From positions 512,001 to 576,000 of the forward strand of contig CAVUQO010000003.1 in the NCBI GenBank assembly GCA_963743635.1: a stretch of DNA of 64,000 nucleotides, in the 5' to 3' direction. The notes beneath the pieces were generated by a model, which had not been told where the DNA came from, searched no databases, and saw only the letters and a program-made list of their open reading frames with translations. This DNA is from Candidatus Babeliales bacterium. GTDB taxonomy: Bacteria > Babelota > Babeliae > Babelales > Vermiphilaceae. Below, in pieces: positions 11,052-20,248 of the stretch. Every line of letters starts with the position of its first letter. The stretch's first letter is position 1. Position numbers and translations under genes: made by a program.

Positions 11052-12050
11052 ATGGAAACGACACGTCCATCATATGCGCGCAGCGCATATGAAACGATAA
11101 AAGAAATTACGATACTCCTATTGATTGTGTTTATGATACGAACCTATGTTTTTGGGTTATATCAAGTGCCCAGCGGCTCTATGGAAAAAACAATGTTCGT
11201 AGGAGAACGATTTTTGGGTGAGAAATTTTCATATTTGTTGAGAAAGCCTTGCGCTGGAGAAGTGGTTGCATTCAATGCACCGACGTATCCTTATGCGTCA
11301 AATCCGATTCATCGATTATTTCAAGAATATGTATTGGGGCCCGATAACTGGACAAAGCGTGTGATTGGGGTTCCAGGAGATCATCTTAAGGGGGTCATTG
11401 AAAACGGATGTCCGGTTATTTATCGCAATGGTGAAAAACTGCATGAGCCTTATGTCAATGATTCGCCGTTGGTATATGTGTTGCCGGCAGGCGATCATGC
11501 ATTGCGCGCACAAATTGCCGCGGAATTATTACGGCAAGACTCTCCCGTTGCCCATTACAGTCCAGATAAAATTGATGAACTCGTTACGCAATTGATCAAA
11601 GAGCATATACATATTCTCAAGGATCATTGCACTCCAAAAAGTTATAATCCAGACTATTCAATCGAAGCACAACCATGGTATCGCATGAAAGATCTAACAT
11701 TGTTAGCGGATGCCCAGGGAAACATTGTGTATGAAATGCCCAATACGCCCCTTACTCATCATGATATGGAAATCAATACCAATAATCCAAACCAAAAATT
11801 TAATGGTTCCGATGAATTTGACATACATCTGGGCGCAGATGAATATTGGTTGATGGGCGACAATCGTTTAGGAAGTACCGATTCGAGATTTATTGGGCCG
11901 ATTGCAGGAAGGTTGATCCATGGTAGAATTGTATTTAGAATTTGGTCGATAGATAGTGATGCATCCTGGTGGTTGCTCGATTTAATACGAAATCCGATAG
12001 ATTTCTGGTCTCGTATTCGATGGAATAGATTTTTTCAAATAATTACATAA
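11052..12050 (+). CDS. lepB: Signal peptidase I, paralog 1
   Basis: VPSGSM (catalytic Ser), KRVIG (Lys), GDNRLGSTDSR. Confidence 0.92.
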   Translation: METTRPSYARSAYETIKEITILLLIVFMIRTYVFGLYQVPSGSMEKTMFVGERFLGEKFSYLLRKPCAGEVVAFNAPTYPYASNPIHRLFQEYVLGPDNWTKRVIGVPGDHLKGVIENGCPVIYRNGEKLHEPYVNDSPLVYVLPAGDHALRAQIAAELLRQDSPVAHYSPDKIDELVTQLIKEHIHILKDHCTPKSYNPDYSIEAQPWYRMKDLTLLADAQGNIVYEMPNTPLTHHDMEINTNNPNQKFNGSDEFDIHLGADEYWLMGDNRLGSTDSRFIGPIAGRLIHGRIVFRIWSIDSDASWWLLDLIRNPIDFWSRIRWNRFFQIIT

Positions 12051-12065
12051 AAAGAGGATTGCGCA

Positions 12066-13004
12066 ATGAGCAGAGTAAAAGTTACCCGTTCAAAATTAAC
12101 TTCGGATATTATAGAATTGGCCTTCTTATTGGCGATTGTATTTCTAGTGCGAACCTATGGATTTGGCTTATACCAAGTGCCGAGCGGTTCAATGGAAACA
12201 ACGATGTTGGTTGGAGAACGGTTTTATGCGGACAAATTTTCATATGCATTTTTAAATAAGCCGCAAGTGGGAGATGTTATCGCATTCAATGATCCCCGAT
12301 TTGTCTACTCAAAAAATCCGATAAAGCGATGGTTCGAATATTATTGCCCTATGCCCTTCGGTATAGTTCCTGGTCCTGCTAATTTCACCAAACGTATTAT
12401 CGGCGGACCCGGCGATCATATCAAGGGTGTTGTCGAAGATGGCAAGCCGGTCATCTATCGCAATGAGCAGAAAATGGACGAACCATATTTGAATAAATAT
12501 CCGATTATTCTCGTGTTTAAAAATAAATCTGCTTCATTGATGGCACAACTTGATACGTTGGCTCGCTGTGGATTTGAAGGATGTGATGAAGATAAAATGC
12601 CATTCAGATCATATGATCCTAGTGTGTCTTGGGAAAAACAAAAATTTTATCACATTGATCCGGCAAATATCGTGATAGCACCAGAGACGGGCGCACCGGT
12701 CATCAGAAACCCTGGAGAGCCAGTCTTTGCCGGCACGATGCATGGCCCGCGCAATATGGATGAATTTGATATCAAGCTCGGTGATGATGAATATTGGGTT
12801 ATGGGCGATAATAGACGCGGGAGCGGTGATAGTCGGTTCTTTGGTCCAATCCATCGCACCAAGACCTATATTCATGCAAAAATCCTCTACCGCATTTGGT
12901 CTATAGATAGCGATGCCTGGTTCTGGGTATTTGATCTTATCCAACATCCGATCGATTTCTTTAAGCGCGTTCGCTGGGATCGCTTCTTCCAACGGGTAGT
13001 ATAA
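12066..13004 (+). CDS. lepB: Signal peptidase I, paralog 2
   Basis: VPSGSM, KRIIG, GDNRRGSGDSR. Confidence 0.92.
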   Translation: MSRVKVTRSKLTSDIIELAFLLAIVFLVRTYGFGLYQVPSGSMETTMLVGERFYADKFSYAFLNKPQVGDVIAFNDPRFVYSKNPIKRWFEYYCPMPFGIVPGPANFTKRIIGGPGDHIKGVVEDGKPVIYRNEQKMDEPYLNKYPIILVFKNKSASLMAQLDTLARCGFEGCDEDKMPFRSYDPSVSWEKQKFYHIDPANIVIAPETGAPVIRNPGEPVFAGTMHGPRNMDEFDIKLGDDEYWVMGDNRRGSGDSRFFGPIHRTKTYIHAKILYRIWSIDSDAWFWVFDLIQHPIDFFKRVRWDRFFQRVV

Positions 13005-13105
13005 GGTAGTTTAAAGCTGATAAAGAGCCAAAAGATGTTGCAGCTTTCTTAATTTATGCTACATTAAAGGTTCTTAAAACACTGTCATAATTCGATTGAA
13101 ATCAT

Positions 13106-13627
13106 ATGTTTAGAAAAATATCACACACAGCAGTTTATTCTTGGGTTTTAGCGTTGGCTCTTTTGCCGGGCTGTTTCTGGGATAAAAACAAAGAAACTCC
13201 TGCCCAAGAAGAGCAGCCAACAGTGATGGCTCTGAAAGAAGGCTTATTCGTGGTGAACGTTACTGATAAAAATCAGTACGATGATTGCCATATTAAAAAT
13301 TCGATTCGGGTAAATCTTGATGAACTTCATGATTTTGCCAACACCCTGGACAAAGAAAAAACAGACCTTGTTTTTTACTGCAGCAACTATCGATGTTCAG
13401 CAAGTGGCATGGCAGCGCAAAAGTTTATAAAGCTTGGCTTTAAGAATGTAGCGGCGTATGAAGGTGGCATCACTGAATGGTACCAAAAAGGGTTACCAGT
13501 TGAGGGTCCAGCGCAAGAGCCCTACCTGAAGAAAGAAAATAAAGCGATACCGCATGAAGATGCAATGATACCAGTGATCGACGCAGATACACTTGCTGAG
13601 AAAATGGGATTATCCTTACCTGCGTAA
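13106..13627 (+). CDS. Rhodanese-like domain lipoprotein
   Basis: Lipobox LLPGC; HIKNS, VFYC, GFKNV..YEGGITEW rhodanese signature. Confidence 0.82.
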   Translation: MFRKISHTAVYSWVLALALLPGCFWDKNKETPAQEEQPTVMALKEGLFVVNVTDKNQYDDCHIKNSIRVNLDELHDFANTLDKEKTDLVFYCSNYRCSASGMAAQKFIKLGFKNVAAYEGGITEWYQKGLPVEGPAQEPYLKKENKAIPHEDAMIPVIDADTLAEKMGLSLPA

Positions 13628-13635
13628 AAGAATAC

Positions 13636-13706
13636 GGCGGCATAGCCAAGTGGTAAGGCATGGGTCTGCAAAACCCTGATCCCCGGTTCGAGTCCGGGTG
13701 CCGCCT
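13636..13706 (+). tRNA. tRNA-Cys (GCA); CCA not encoded
   Basis: Acceptor GGCGGCA/TGCCGCC, D-loop TGGTAA, anticodon loop CTGCAAA, T-loop GGTTCGAGTCC. Confidence 0.97.
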
Positions 13707-13791
13707 CGTAAATTTTACTTTCATTAGTAAAAAACAGATCAACCAGAATCTTTAAAAAATTGAATTCTCCAGTATAATGGATTTATGGTGT

Positions 13792-13879
13792 GCCGGGATG
13801 GCGGAATTGGTAGACGCAAAGGACTTAAAATCCTTCGGGCTTAATGCCTGTGCCGGTTCGAGTCCGGCTCTCGGCACCA
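13792..13879 (+). tRNA. tRNA-Leu (TAA) with long variable arm and encoded CCA
   Basis: Acceptor GCCGGGA/TCTCGGC, anticodon loop CTTAAAA, variable arm GGGC-TTAAT-GCCT, GGTTCGAGTCC, ACCA end. Confidence 0.97.
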
Positions 13880-14286
13880 GTCTTCGCTTATTCAGTCTTC
13901 GCTCCTTTTTGGAGCTACGTCTGACAGGCCGGGCCTGTCTTCATGAATCCGGCAGCGTCCGACATAGCCGTAGGCGACGACGGAGCCTTCCTGCTCGGCA
14001 AGCTTCGTCTGGCTTCGCCATTTTTCCACAGAATTTACATTAATAGTAAAGAAGGATAAAGCGAAGACTGTCCGACCGAAGCCGAAGGCGTAGACGGACC
14101 TCCGTATAGAAAAACTTGCTGACTTGGTTGTGCATAGTCGTAGCATTTAAAATACATGCGTGGACGAAGAAAGCTTTCAGCTGACGAGGATTGAAAAATG
14201 AATGGCAGGCCAATTCCCCCTAGGCGGACCTCCATATAAAAAGCTTTAGCAAATTCATTGCTTTCAGCTGAAGAGAATTAAAATAA
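13878..14286. repeat. Cluster of family-B REP-like palindromes and short duplications downstream of tRNA-Leu
   Basis: CAGTCTTCGCT at 13878 and 13893 with its inverse AGCGAAGACTG at 14060; hairpin units at 13895-13924, 13957-13984 and 14070-14098; direct repeats 14091/14221 and 14173/14260. Confidence 0.7.
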
Positions 14287-14392
14287 AGAACTTCTGTGAA
14301 AATATTGTTTGAATAGAGGCAATAACATGCTGATCTGATCAAAAAACAATCCCCCCAAAAAATAAAATTTTCTGAATTAAAACAACTTGAGC

Positions 14393-14420
14393 TTGACAAA
14401 AAAACTGTATTTTCTAATGT
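14393..14420 (+). promoter_or_regulatory. Putative sigma70 promoter of hup
   Basis: Perfect TTGACA, 16-nt spacer, TAATGT; AT-rich upstream region. Confidence 0.5.
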
Positions 14421-14471
14421 ACAAACTAGTACTAGTTTTGTTTGCTTTCAAGAACTATCAAAGGAATTTGT

Positions 14472-14744
14472 ATGAATAAAGCAAAACTCGTTGAGCACAT
14501 GGCCAAAGTAACTAAGCTACCTAAGTCAACGTGCAAAGAGTGCTTGGAAGCTTTTATTACAACAGTTGGAGGATCTCTTAAGCAGGGTAAGCCCGTTGTG
14601 CTGACCGGCTTTGGAACTTTCACAGTTCTAAAAAGAAAAAGTAGAATCGGTGTGAATCCCGTAACTGGCAAGAAAATGACCATTCCTGCCAAGAAGGTTC
14701 CGAAATTCCGTCCAGGAAAAGCTCTACAATTATTGGTAAAATAA
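14472..14744 (+). CDS. hup: DNA-binding protein HU
   Basis: MNKAKLV..., GFGTF, GVNPVTG..MTIPAKKVPKFRPGK; AAGGA RBS. Confidence 0.95.
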   Translation: MNKAKLVEHMAKVTKLPKSTCKECLEAFITTVGGSLKQGKPVVLTGFGTFTVLKRKSRIGVNPVTGKKMTIPAKKVPKFRPGKALQLLVK

Positions 14745-14773
14745 GTCGCGTAAAAGCGAACTGAACTATTCCC

Positions 14774-14803
14774 AAAGGGCATCAGCAGTAGCTGGTGCCC
14801 TTT
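14774..14803 (+). terminator. Intrinsic terminator after hup
   Basis: AAAGGGCATCAGC-agta-GCTGGTGCCCTTT hairpin. Confidence 0.7.
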
Positions 14804-14926
14804 GTATTTAATGCGTGTACGAACTAAAAGTTTCATCGCGCGTGCCCAAGAGTTGATTTTTATTCATAACGCTGTCTATACTTCTTTACATAAATGATAT
14901 CTATTCAATAAAAAGGAGTATTCGTA

Positions 14927-15343
14927 ATGAATGAAGAATTACTGATCGAGGATGACGTGGTAGTTAATCAACAAGGGTTGTTGGATACTCTTAAGGAATA
15001 TCTCAATCCAAATACGTGGGTGAAAAAATTAGATCTTTCAAAACAAAAATTGTTCGAGCTTGCGATATATTTAGCTATCGGTTTTACGCTCGGATTTCTT
15101 GTTAAAAAATATGCAGACTTTTTGGTTTCGGCTGCCATTGTTATCGCTTGCTTTGTTGCCCTCCATTATTTTGGTTTTCTTGATATCGTGGTGCATATGG
15201 ATAAGGTGCAATCAGTGCTCGGTATTAAAGTTCCTGCATTTCAATCAGATTTGCTCGCGCATATTTGGGATTGGATCAAGATGAATGTTGCCATTGCGGT
15301 AACGCTTGTGGTTGGTTTTTTGATTGGCCTCAGGGTTGCTTAA
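14927..15343 (+). CDS. FUN14-family membrane protein
   Basis: IGFTLGFLVKK, hydrophobic helix ending YFGFL, C-terminal VVGFLIG; size and pattern fit FUN14. Confidence 0.7.
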   Translation: MNEELLIEDDVVVNQQGLLDTLKEYLNPNTWVKKLDLSKQKLFELAIYLAIGFTLGFLVKKYADFLVSAAIVIACFVALHYFGFLDIVVHMDKVQSVLGIKVPAFQSDLLAHIWDWIKMNVAIAVTLVVGFLIGLRVA

Positions 15344-15357
15344 CATAAGGAAGTGGT

Positions 15358-15963
15358 ATGGCAAGTACGCATACATTTGTAGATGGTTTTCTGGATGTGC
15401 TCGTTCGTATGAACGTGATGAAAAAAGATGAAGCGCAGGCAGCAGATAAAGCATTTCATGATGCAGCAAAAGAAAATTTCGTCGATTTCTTGCTTGAAGA
15501 AGGGCTCGTTGATCGGGATGACATTCTCGTTGCATTGAGCCAGTTTTATCAAGTGCCATACTTTGATGTAGTAGGACATTTCTTTGAATTGCACTTATTG
15601 CATCAGTTTCCCAAAGATGTATTGCTCCGTAATGCATTCATTCCTTTGGAAGTGGATGAAAACATGCTCATAGTCGTTGCGAGTGAGCCAGATAATCCAG
15701 AACTTCTCAATATTATTGGTGAGTATGTTTCGTATGATGTTCAGTTGGATGTCGGTATTCGTCTTGATATTACCGATGCGATCAAAGAATATTATGAAAA
15801 ATCAATTACTGAGGTTGATGAAGATCTTGATTTGCGTGAAGAACGTCGGTTAGGTAATCAAGAGCACCAGCAAGAACTGCATGAGCAAGAGATTTTCTAT
15901 GGCGAAGATGAGATCGCCGAAGGATTTCAAGAAGTAGTATTTGATGACTCTGATGAAGACTAA
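15358..15963 (+). CDS. Stand-alone GspE/PilB N-terminal domain (MshEN-like plus T2SSE_N) with acidic tail
   Basis: LLEEGLV..DILVALSQFYQVPY, FP..L.R..FIPL, LIVVASEP pattern; directly upstream of the ATPase. Confidence 0.75.
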   Translation: MASTHTFVDGFLDVLVRMNVMKKDEAQAADKAFHDAAKENFVDFLLEEGLVDRDDILVALSQFYQVPYFDVVGHFFELHLLHQFPKDVLLRNAFIPLEVDENMLIVVASEPDNPELLNIIGEYVSYDVQLDVGIRLDITDAIKEYYEKSITEVDEDLDLREERRLGNQEHQQELHEQEIFYGEDEIAEGFQEVVFDDSDED

Positions 15964-15975
15964 TAAATAAGGTGA

Positions 15976-17148
15976 GTGCCATTCATGACATCGCGTGATG
16001 AAGAATCGATCGTTGATTTAGTTGATGCGCTCATAGAACGTGCGGTTCTATCGGGCGCATCTGATATTCATATCGAGCCATATAGAACCGAAGCAAAGAT
16101 TCGCTATCGTCATGACGGCGTGTTGCATGATCAAAATTCAATTCCCTATCGCTGTATGCAGCAGGTTATTGCGCGATGCAAGGTGCTCGGTGCTATGAAT
16201 ATTGCAGAGCGCCGCATTCCTCAAGATGGTAAATTCAATAAAAACATTAAAGGTAACTTCATCGACTTTCGCGTCTCCACATTCCCCGGGATGTACGGAG
16301 AAAAAGTCGTAATTCGTATTCTCGATCGTTCACACAATATGATCACACTCGATCATGTAGGACTATCTCCAGCGCTTTGCAGTTCATTTCGCGAACTGCT
16401 GCATAAATCAAGCGGCTTTCTTTTAGTTGCCGGACCAACCGGTTCCGGTAAAACTACCACCCTCTATGCAGGGCTTGCAGAACTTAATAATCATGAACGC
16501 AATATCATAACGCTTGAAGATCCGGTGGAATATGATTTGCCGGGCATTACGCAAGGGCAGATTCGTGCCGATGTTGGGTTCACCTTTGAGAAAGGTATTC
16601 GCGCGATTTTGCGCCAAGATCCTGACATCATCATGATCGGCGAAATGCGTGATACAGAGACGGCTCAAATTGCCATTCAGGCAGCATTAACGGGACATGG
16701 TGTTTTAAGCACGGTACACACCAATGATGCGCCGAGCGTCATTATGCGTTTGATTGATATGGGTATTGAACCCTTTCTCATCAATGCGGCCGTGAGCGGC
16801 GTACTGGCGCAGCGGCTTGCGCGTACCATCTGCACTGCGTGCAAAGAATCGTATCAACCATCAGCCGATGAAAAGGCCATGCTTGAACGGCTTGGTTCAT
16901 CGATTTCAACGCTCTTTAAAGGAGTTGGATGCACTGCATGCGATGGGCATGGCTATAAAGGCCGTATCGGCATCTTTGAGTTGCTCATTATCGATAGTGG
17001 ACTGCGTGCACTTATCATGCGCGATCCATCACGAGACGTGTTATATAAACATGCATATGCACAAGGATTCCGATCGTTAATGCATGATGGTCTTGAAAAG
17101 GTTGAGCAGGGCATTATTACCTTGCAGGAATTGGTACGGGTTGCATAA
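15976..17148 (+). CDS. GspE/PilB-family secretion/pilus assembly ATPase lacking its N-domain
   Basis: ASDIHIEP, PQDG, Walker A GPTGSGKT, TLEDPVE, LRQDPDIIMIGEMRD, TGH..LSTVHTND, two CTAC zinc pairs. Confidence 0.93.
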   Translation: MPFMTSRDEESIVDLVDALIERAVLSGASDIHIEPYRTEAKIRYRHDGVLHDQNSIPYRCMQQVIARCKVLGAMNIAERRIPQDGKFNKNIKGNFIDFRVSTFPGMYGEKVVIRILDRSHNMITLDHVGLSPALCSSFRELLHKSSGFLLVAGPTGSGKTTTLYAGLAELNNHERNIITLEDPVEYDLPGITQGQIRADVGFTFEKGIRAILRQDPDIIMIGEMRDTETAQIAIQAALTGHGVLSTVHTNDAPSVIMRLIDMGIEPFLINAAVSGVLAQRLARTICTACKESYQPSADEKAMLERLGSSISTLFKGVGCTACDGHGYKGRIGIFELLIIDSGLRALIMRDPSRDVLYKHAYAQGFRSLMHDGLEKVEQGIITLQELVRVA

Positions 17149-17213
17149 GCCTTATCTAGCGCTTATCACCCAACCTGGTATACTGAAAAATATCAATTTA
17201 ATAAGGGTTTTTC

Positions 17214-17996
17214 ATGTTGCAGGTTACCAACCTTTGCGTCACTCATAACGAGCAGATTATTCTCCATGATATTTCGCTGACCGTTCAGCCGGGAAGCATT
17301 CATGCGATCATGGGCCCCAATGGGTCAGGAAAAAGTACGTTCGCAATAGCCCTTATGGGGCATCCGCTATATGCCGTGAAACATGGTTCCATTATCTATA
17401 ATGGTGAAGATATCACCGCATTATCCCCGCATCTACGTGCCAAAAAAGGCATATTTCTTTCATTCCAGCATCCGATTGCCATTCCGGGCGTAACGCTTGC
17501 AACGATGCTCAAAGAAGCGCAGCAGGCGATTACGGGTATTGCGCTTGAGGTTATTGCATTTCGTACGCAACTTTACGCAGCGATGGATCTTTTAGATATT
17601 CCGCACGCATTTGCCGATCGCCCGATCAATGAAGGCTGTTCAGGTGGTGAGCGTAAACGGCTTGAAATGCTGCAACTTTTGATCTTAAAACCATCGCTCG
17701 TGATTCTCGATGAAATCGACTCGGGATTGGATGTGGATGCATTGCAGTTGGTTGCCAAAGCACTCATGACCGTGCACGCAGCAAATCCTTCCATGAGTAT
17801 TCTTATGATTACTCACTATAATCGCATCATCCAATACATTGCGCCTGACGCGGTGCATATGCTCGTCGATGGACGCATTGTGCAATCAGGCGATCGTACG
17901 CTCGTTGATACCATTGAACAACGCGGCTATTCCTCGAAGGCGTCCGTTCATGGTGACCCATCGACTAGCACAGCAGAACGGTGTATCGAACCATGA
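17214..17996 (+). CDS. sufC: Fe-S assembly ATPase SufC
   Basis: [42 protein letters not shown]. Confidence 0.95.
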   Translation: MLQVTNLCVTHNEQIILHDISLTVQPGSIHAIMGPNGSGKSTFAIALMGHPLYAVKHGSIIYNGEDITALSPHLRAKKGIFLSFQHPIAIPGVTLATMLKEAQQAITGIALEVIAFRTQLYAAMDLLDIPHAFADRPINEGCSGGERKRLEMLQLLILKPSLVILDEIDSGLDVDALQLVAKALMTVHAANPSMSILMITHYNRIIQYIAPDAVHMLVDGRIVQSGDRTLVDTIEQRGYSSKASVHGDPSTSTAERCIEP

Positions 17997-19373
17997 GGCA
18001 CAGCAAGAAAACAGCTAAGCAGCATGCGTATAGCTATGTGGCCGAAAAGGGCCTTAATAGAATGCTGGTTGCTCAAATTTCGGAACAAAAAAATGAACCG
18101 GGTTGGATGACCGATTTTCGTCTTGCGGCGCTTGGAACTTTTGAACGTTTGCCGATGCCAACATGGGGCGCTGATCTTTCTGCATTTCGATCCGTATGAT
18201 ATTTATTACTATGTAAAGCCAATTGAAGGGCAGCATAATTCCTGGGAACTGAAGTGCCTCGATGCATATTAAAACTACCTTTGAAAAACTGGGCATTCCG
18301 CAAGCAGAACAAAAATTTTTGGCCGGTGTTGGCGCGCAATATGAATCGGAAGTGATTTATAAAAGATTGCAAAAAAATGGGCAGATACAGGGTGTTATTT
18401 TTCTGGATATTAGCGCAGGCATTCAAGAATATCCTGAGATAGTAAAAAAATATTTTGCCACCGTTATTCCGCCACATGATAATAAATTTGCTGCACTCAA
18501 TTCTGCCGTGTGGAGTGGCGGCAGTTTTGTCTATGTGCCGCAGGGCGTGCATATTGATATGCCATTGCAGGCATATTTTCGAATCAATGCGCCGAGCATG
18601 GGGCAATTTGAGCGAACGCTAATCATCGCTGAGCCGGGCAGCTTTGTGCATTATGTGGAAGGTTGCAGCGCGCCGCTATATCGCAAAAATTCATTGCATA
18701 GTGCGGTGGTGGAATTAATTGCGCTGAATGATGCGCATATTCGATATACCACAATCCAAAATTGGTCAAATAATGTGTATAATTTGGTCACAAAGCGTGC
18801 TATTGCTCATAAGAATGCCACCGTTGAATGGGTTGATGGAAATTTTGGCAGCAAAGTGACCATGAAATATCCGTGCGTCATTTTAAAAGAAGAGCGCGCA
18901 AAAGCGCAAATTATTTCAATTGCCGTTGCCGGCAAAGGCCAACATCAAGATGCGGGCGGAAAAGTGATTCATCTTGCGCCGCATACCACATCCAATATTG
19001 TTTCAAAATCAATTTCACAAAGATGGTGGCCGATCGAGTTATCGTGGATTATTAAAGATTGCTAAAAGGAGCAGCATGCCCATGCGCGCGGTGCAATGTG
19101 ATGCGCTTATTCTTGATGACGATTCCCGCTCCGATACTTATCCACGGTTGATAGTGAATAATGAAACGTCGATATTGGGCATGAGGCAACGGTGAGCAAA
19201 ATTAATGATGAGCAAATTTTTTATCTGATGAGCCGCGGCCTTAGCTGAAGCAGCTGCGCGCGCACATGATTGTGAATGGCTTTATTGATGCATTTGTCAA
19301 AGAATTGCCGATGGAATATGCGGTTGAGATCAATCGGCTGATTGCGCATGAAATGGAAGGATCAATCGGCTAA
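17993..19373 (+). CDS. sufB: Fe-S assembly protein SufB with several apparent frameshifts
   Basis: [59 protein letters not shown]-terminal ELPMEYAVE...MEGSIG*; pieces lie in different frames. Confidence 0.93.
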
Positions 19374-19410
19374 TTCCTCGACGCGTTGCACTTGCTCAGG
19401 GCGAATGGGA
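19374..19410. repeat. REP-like palindrome, family A
   Basis: CCTCGAC...GCTCAGGGCGAATGGG matches the CTCAGGGCGAACGG core at 57956-57969. Confidence 0.6.
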
Positions 19411-19499
19411 GAGGGATTTACATCAAAGAAATATATAGTATGATCTCCCGATGATATTAAAGTGAACCATTAATAAAATTCATACATAAAGGTTTGATC

Positions 19500-19790
19500 A
19501 TGATAATGCAATGTCGTAAATGTAAAAGAACTATGGATTTGTGGGAGTTTTTAACCTACATTGAAGCATTTTTCATAAAAATAATATCTGTGGCAGCGGT
19601 ACCTTTCCTAATTGATGCTATAAAAAATAAACTTTCGACCAGAGGAATAATTGATAGTAAGATGGCGGGACTTGCTAATAATTTTGAGATAATTTGTCCC
19701 AATTGCAAAAAGTATGTTTGTTGGGATTCTGCTGCGGAAATAGAGTCAATTCAATTGAATCAAGAACGGGAGTCAGAGTCATGCAAATGA
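19500..19790 (+). CDS. Small protein with two CxxC pairs (split zinc-ribbon-like)
   Basis: CRKC...CPNC; AT-rich; inserted between sufB and sufD. Confidence 0.65.
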   Translation: MIMQCRKCKRTMDLWEFLTYIEAFFIKIISVAAVPFLIDAIKNKLSTRGIIDSKMAGLANNFEIICPNCKKYVCWDSAAEIESIQLNQERESESCK

Positions 19791-20233
19791 ACAAAAAAGC
19801 ATTTTATTTTTTGATACCAGCAATCATGGTTGTTAGTTCTTTGCAGAGCAAGCATGTTATGCATGATGATACGCAAGTGTATACACGTTCTGTAGTAGGC
19901 GATGCATTGAGAGCTATTTATTATCTATCCCTATTTGCTAGTGCCCATGAAGAATATCTTGCAAAAGGCAATGCTGAGCCTGCGATCATATGTAATCAGT
20001 GTGGAACAAAAATATTAGATTTGGGTGAATTTGAAGGAGGTCTCGTAGGAATTGCTTTGAGAGATTTAACTAAATATCAAGAGATGCAGTTGCTTTTTGA
20101 TGATTATCTGAAGATATTATCCAAAGGAATTCCTGCGGATATAATCTGTTATATGGTTCGCACATCAAATGATCTTAAGCAAGCTTGTTCTCATTGCGGG
20201 GAGCGGAGCTGTTCATGGAAAGAACTGGATTAA
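19781..20233 (+). CDS. Exported protein with two CxxC pairs; probable paralog of the upstream gene
   Basis: Signal-like N-terminus; CNQC...CSHC; overlaps the upstream stop. Confidence 0.65.
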   Translation: MQMNKKAFYFLIPAIMVVSSLQSKHVMHDDTQVYTRSVVGDALRAIYYLSLFASAHEEYLAKGNAEPAIICNQCGTKILDLGEFEGGLVGIALRDLTKYQEMQLLFDDYLKILSKGIPADIICYMVRTSNDLKQACSHCGERSCSWKELD

Positions 20234-20248
20234 CCCATATAAAAAATT

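Noticed and set aside
13777..14235. ORFs 13777-14043, 13892-14146 and 14035-14235
   Set aside because: They overlap tRNA-Leu and palindromic repeats and have no protein-like features.
15961..15975. Stop-codon readthrough or alternative genetic code joining the GspE parts
   Set aside because: Three stops of two types occur in five codons, and TAA, TAG and TGA all end conserved genes normally in this window.
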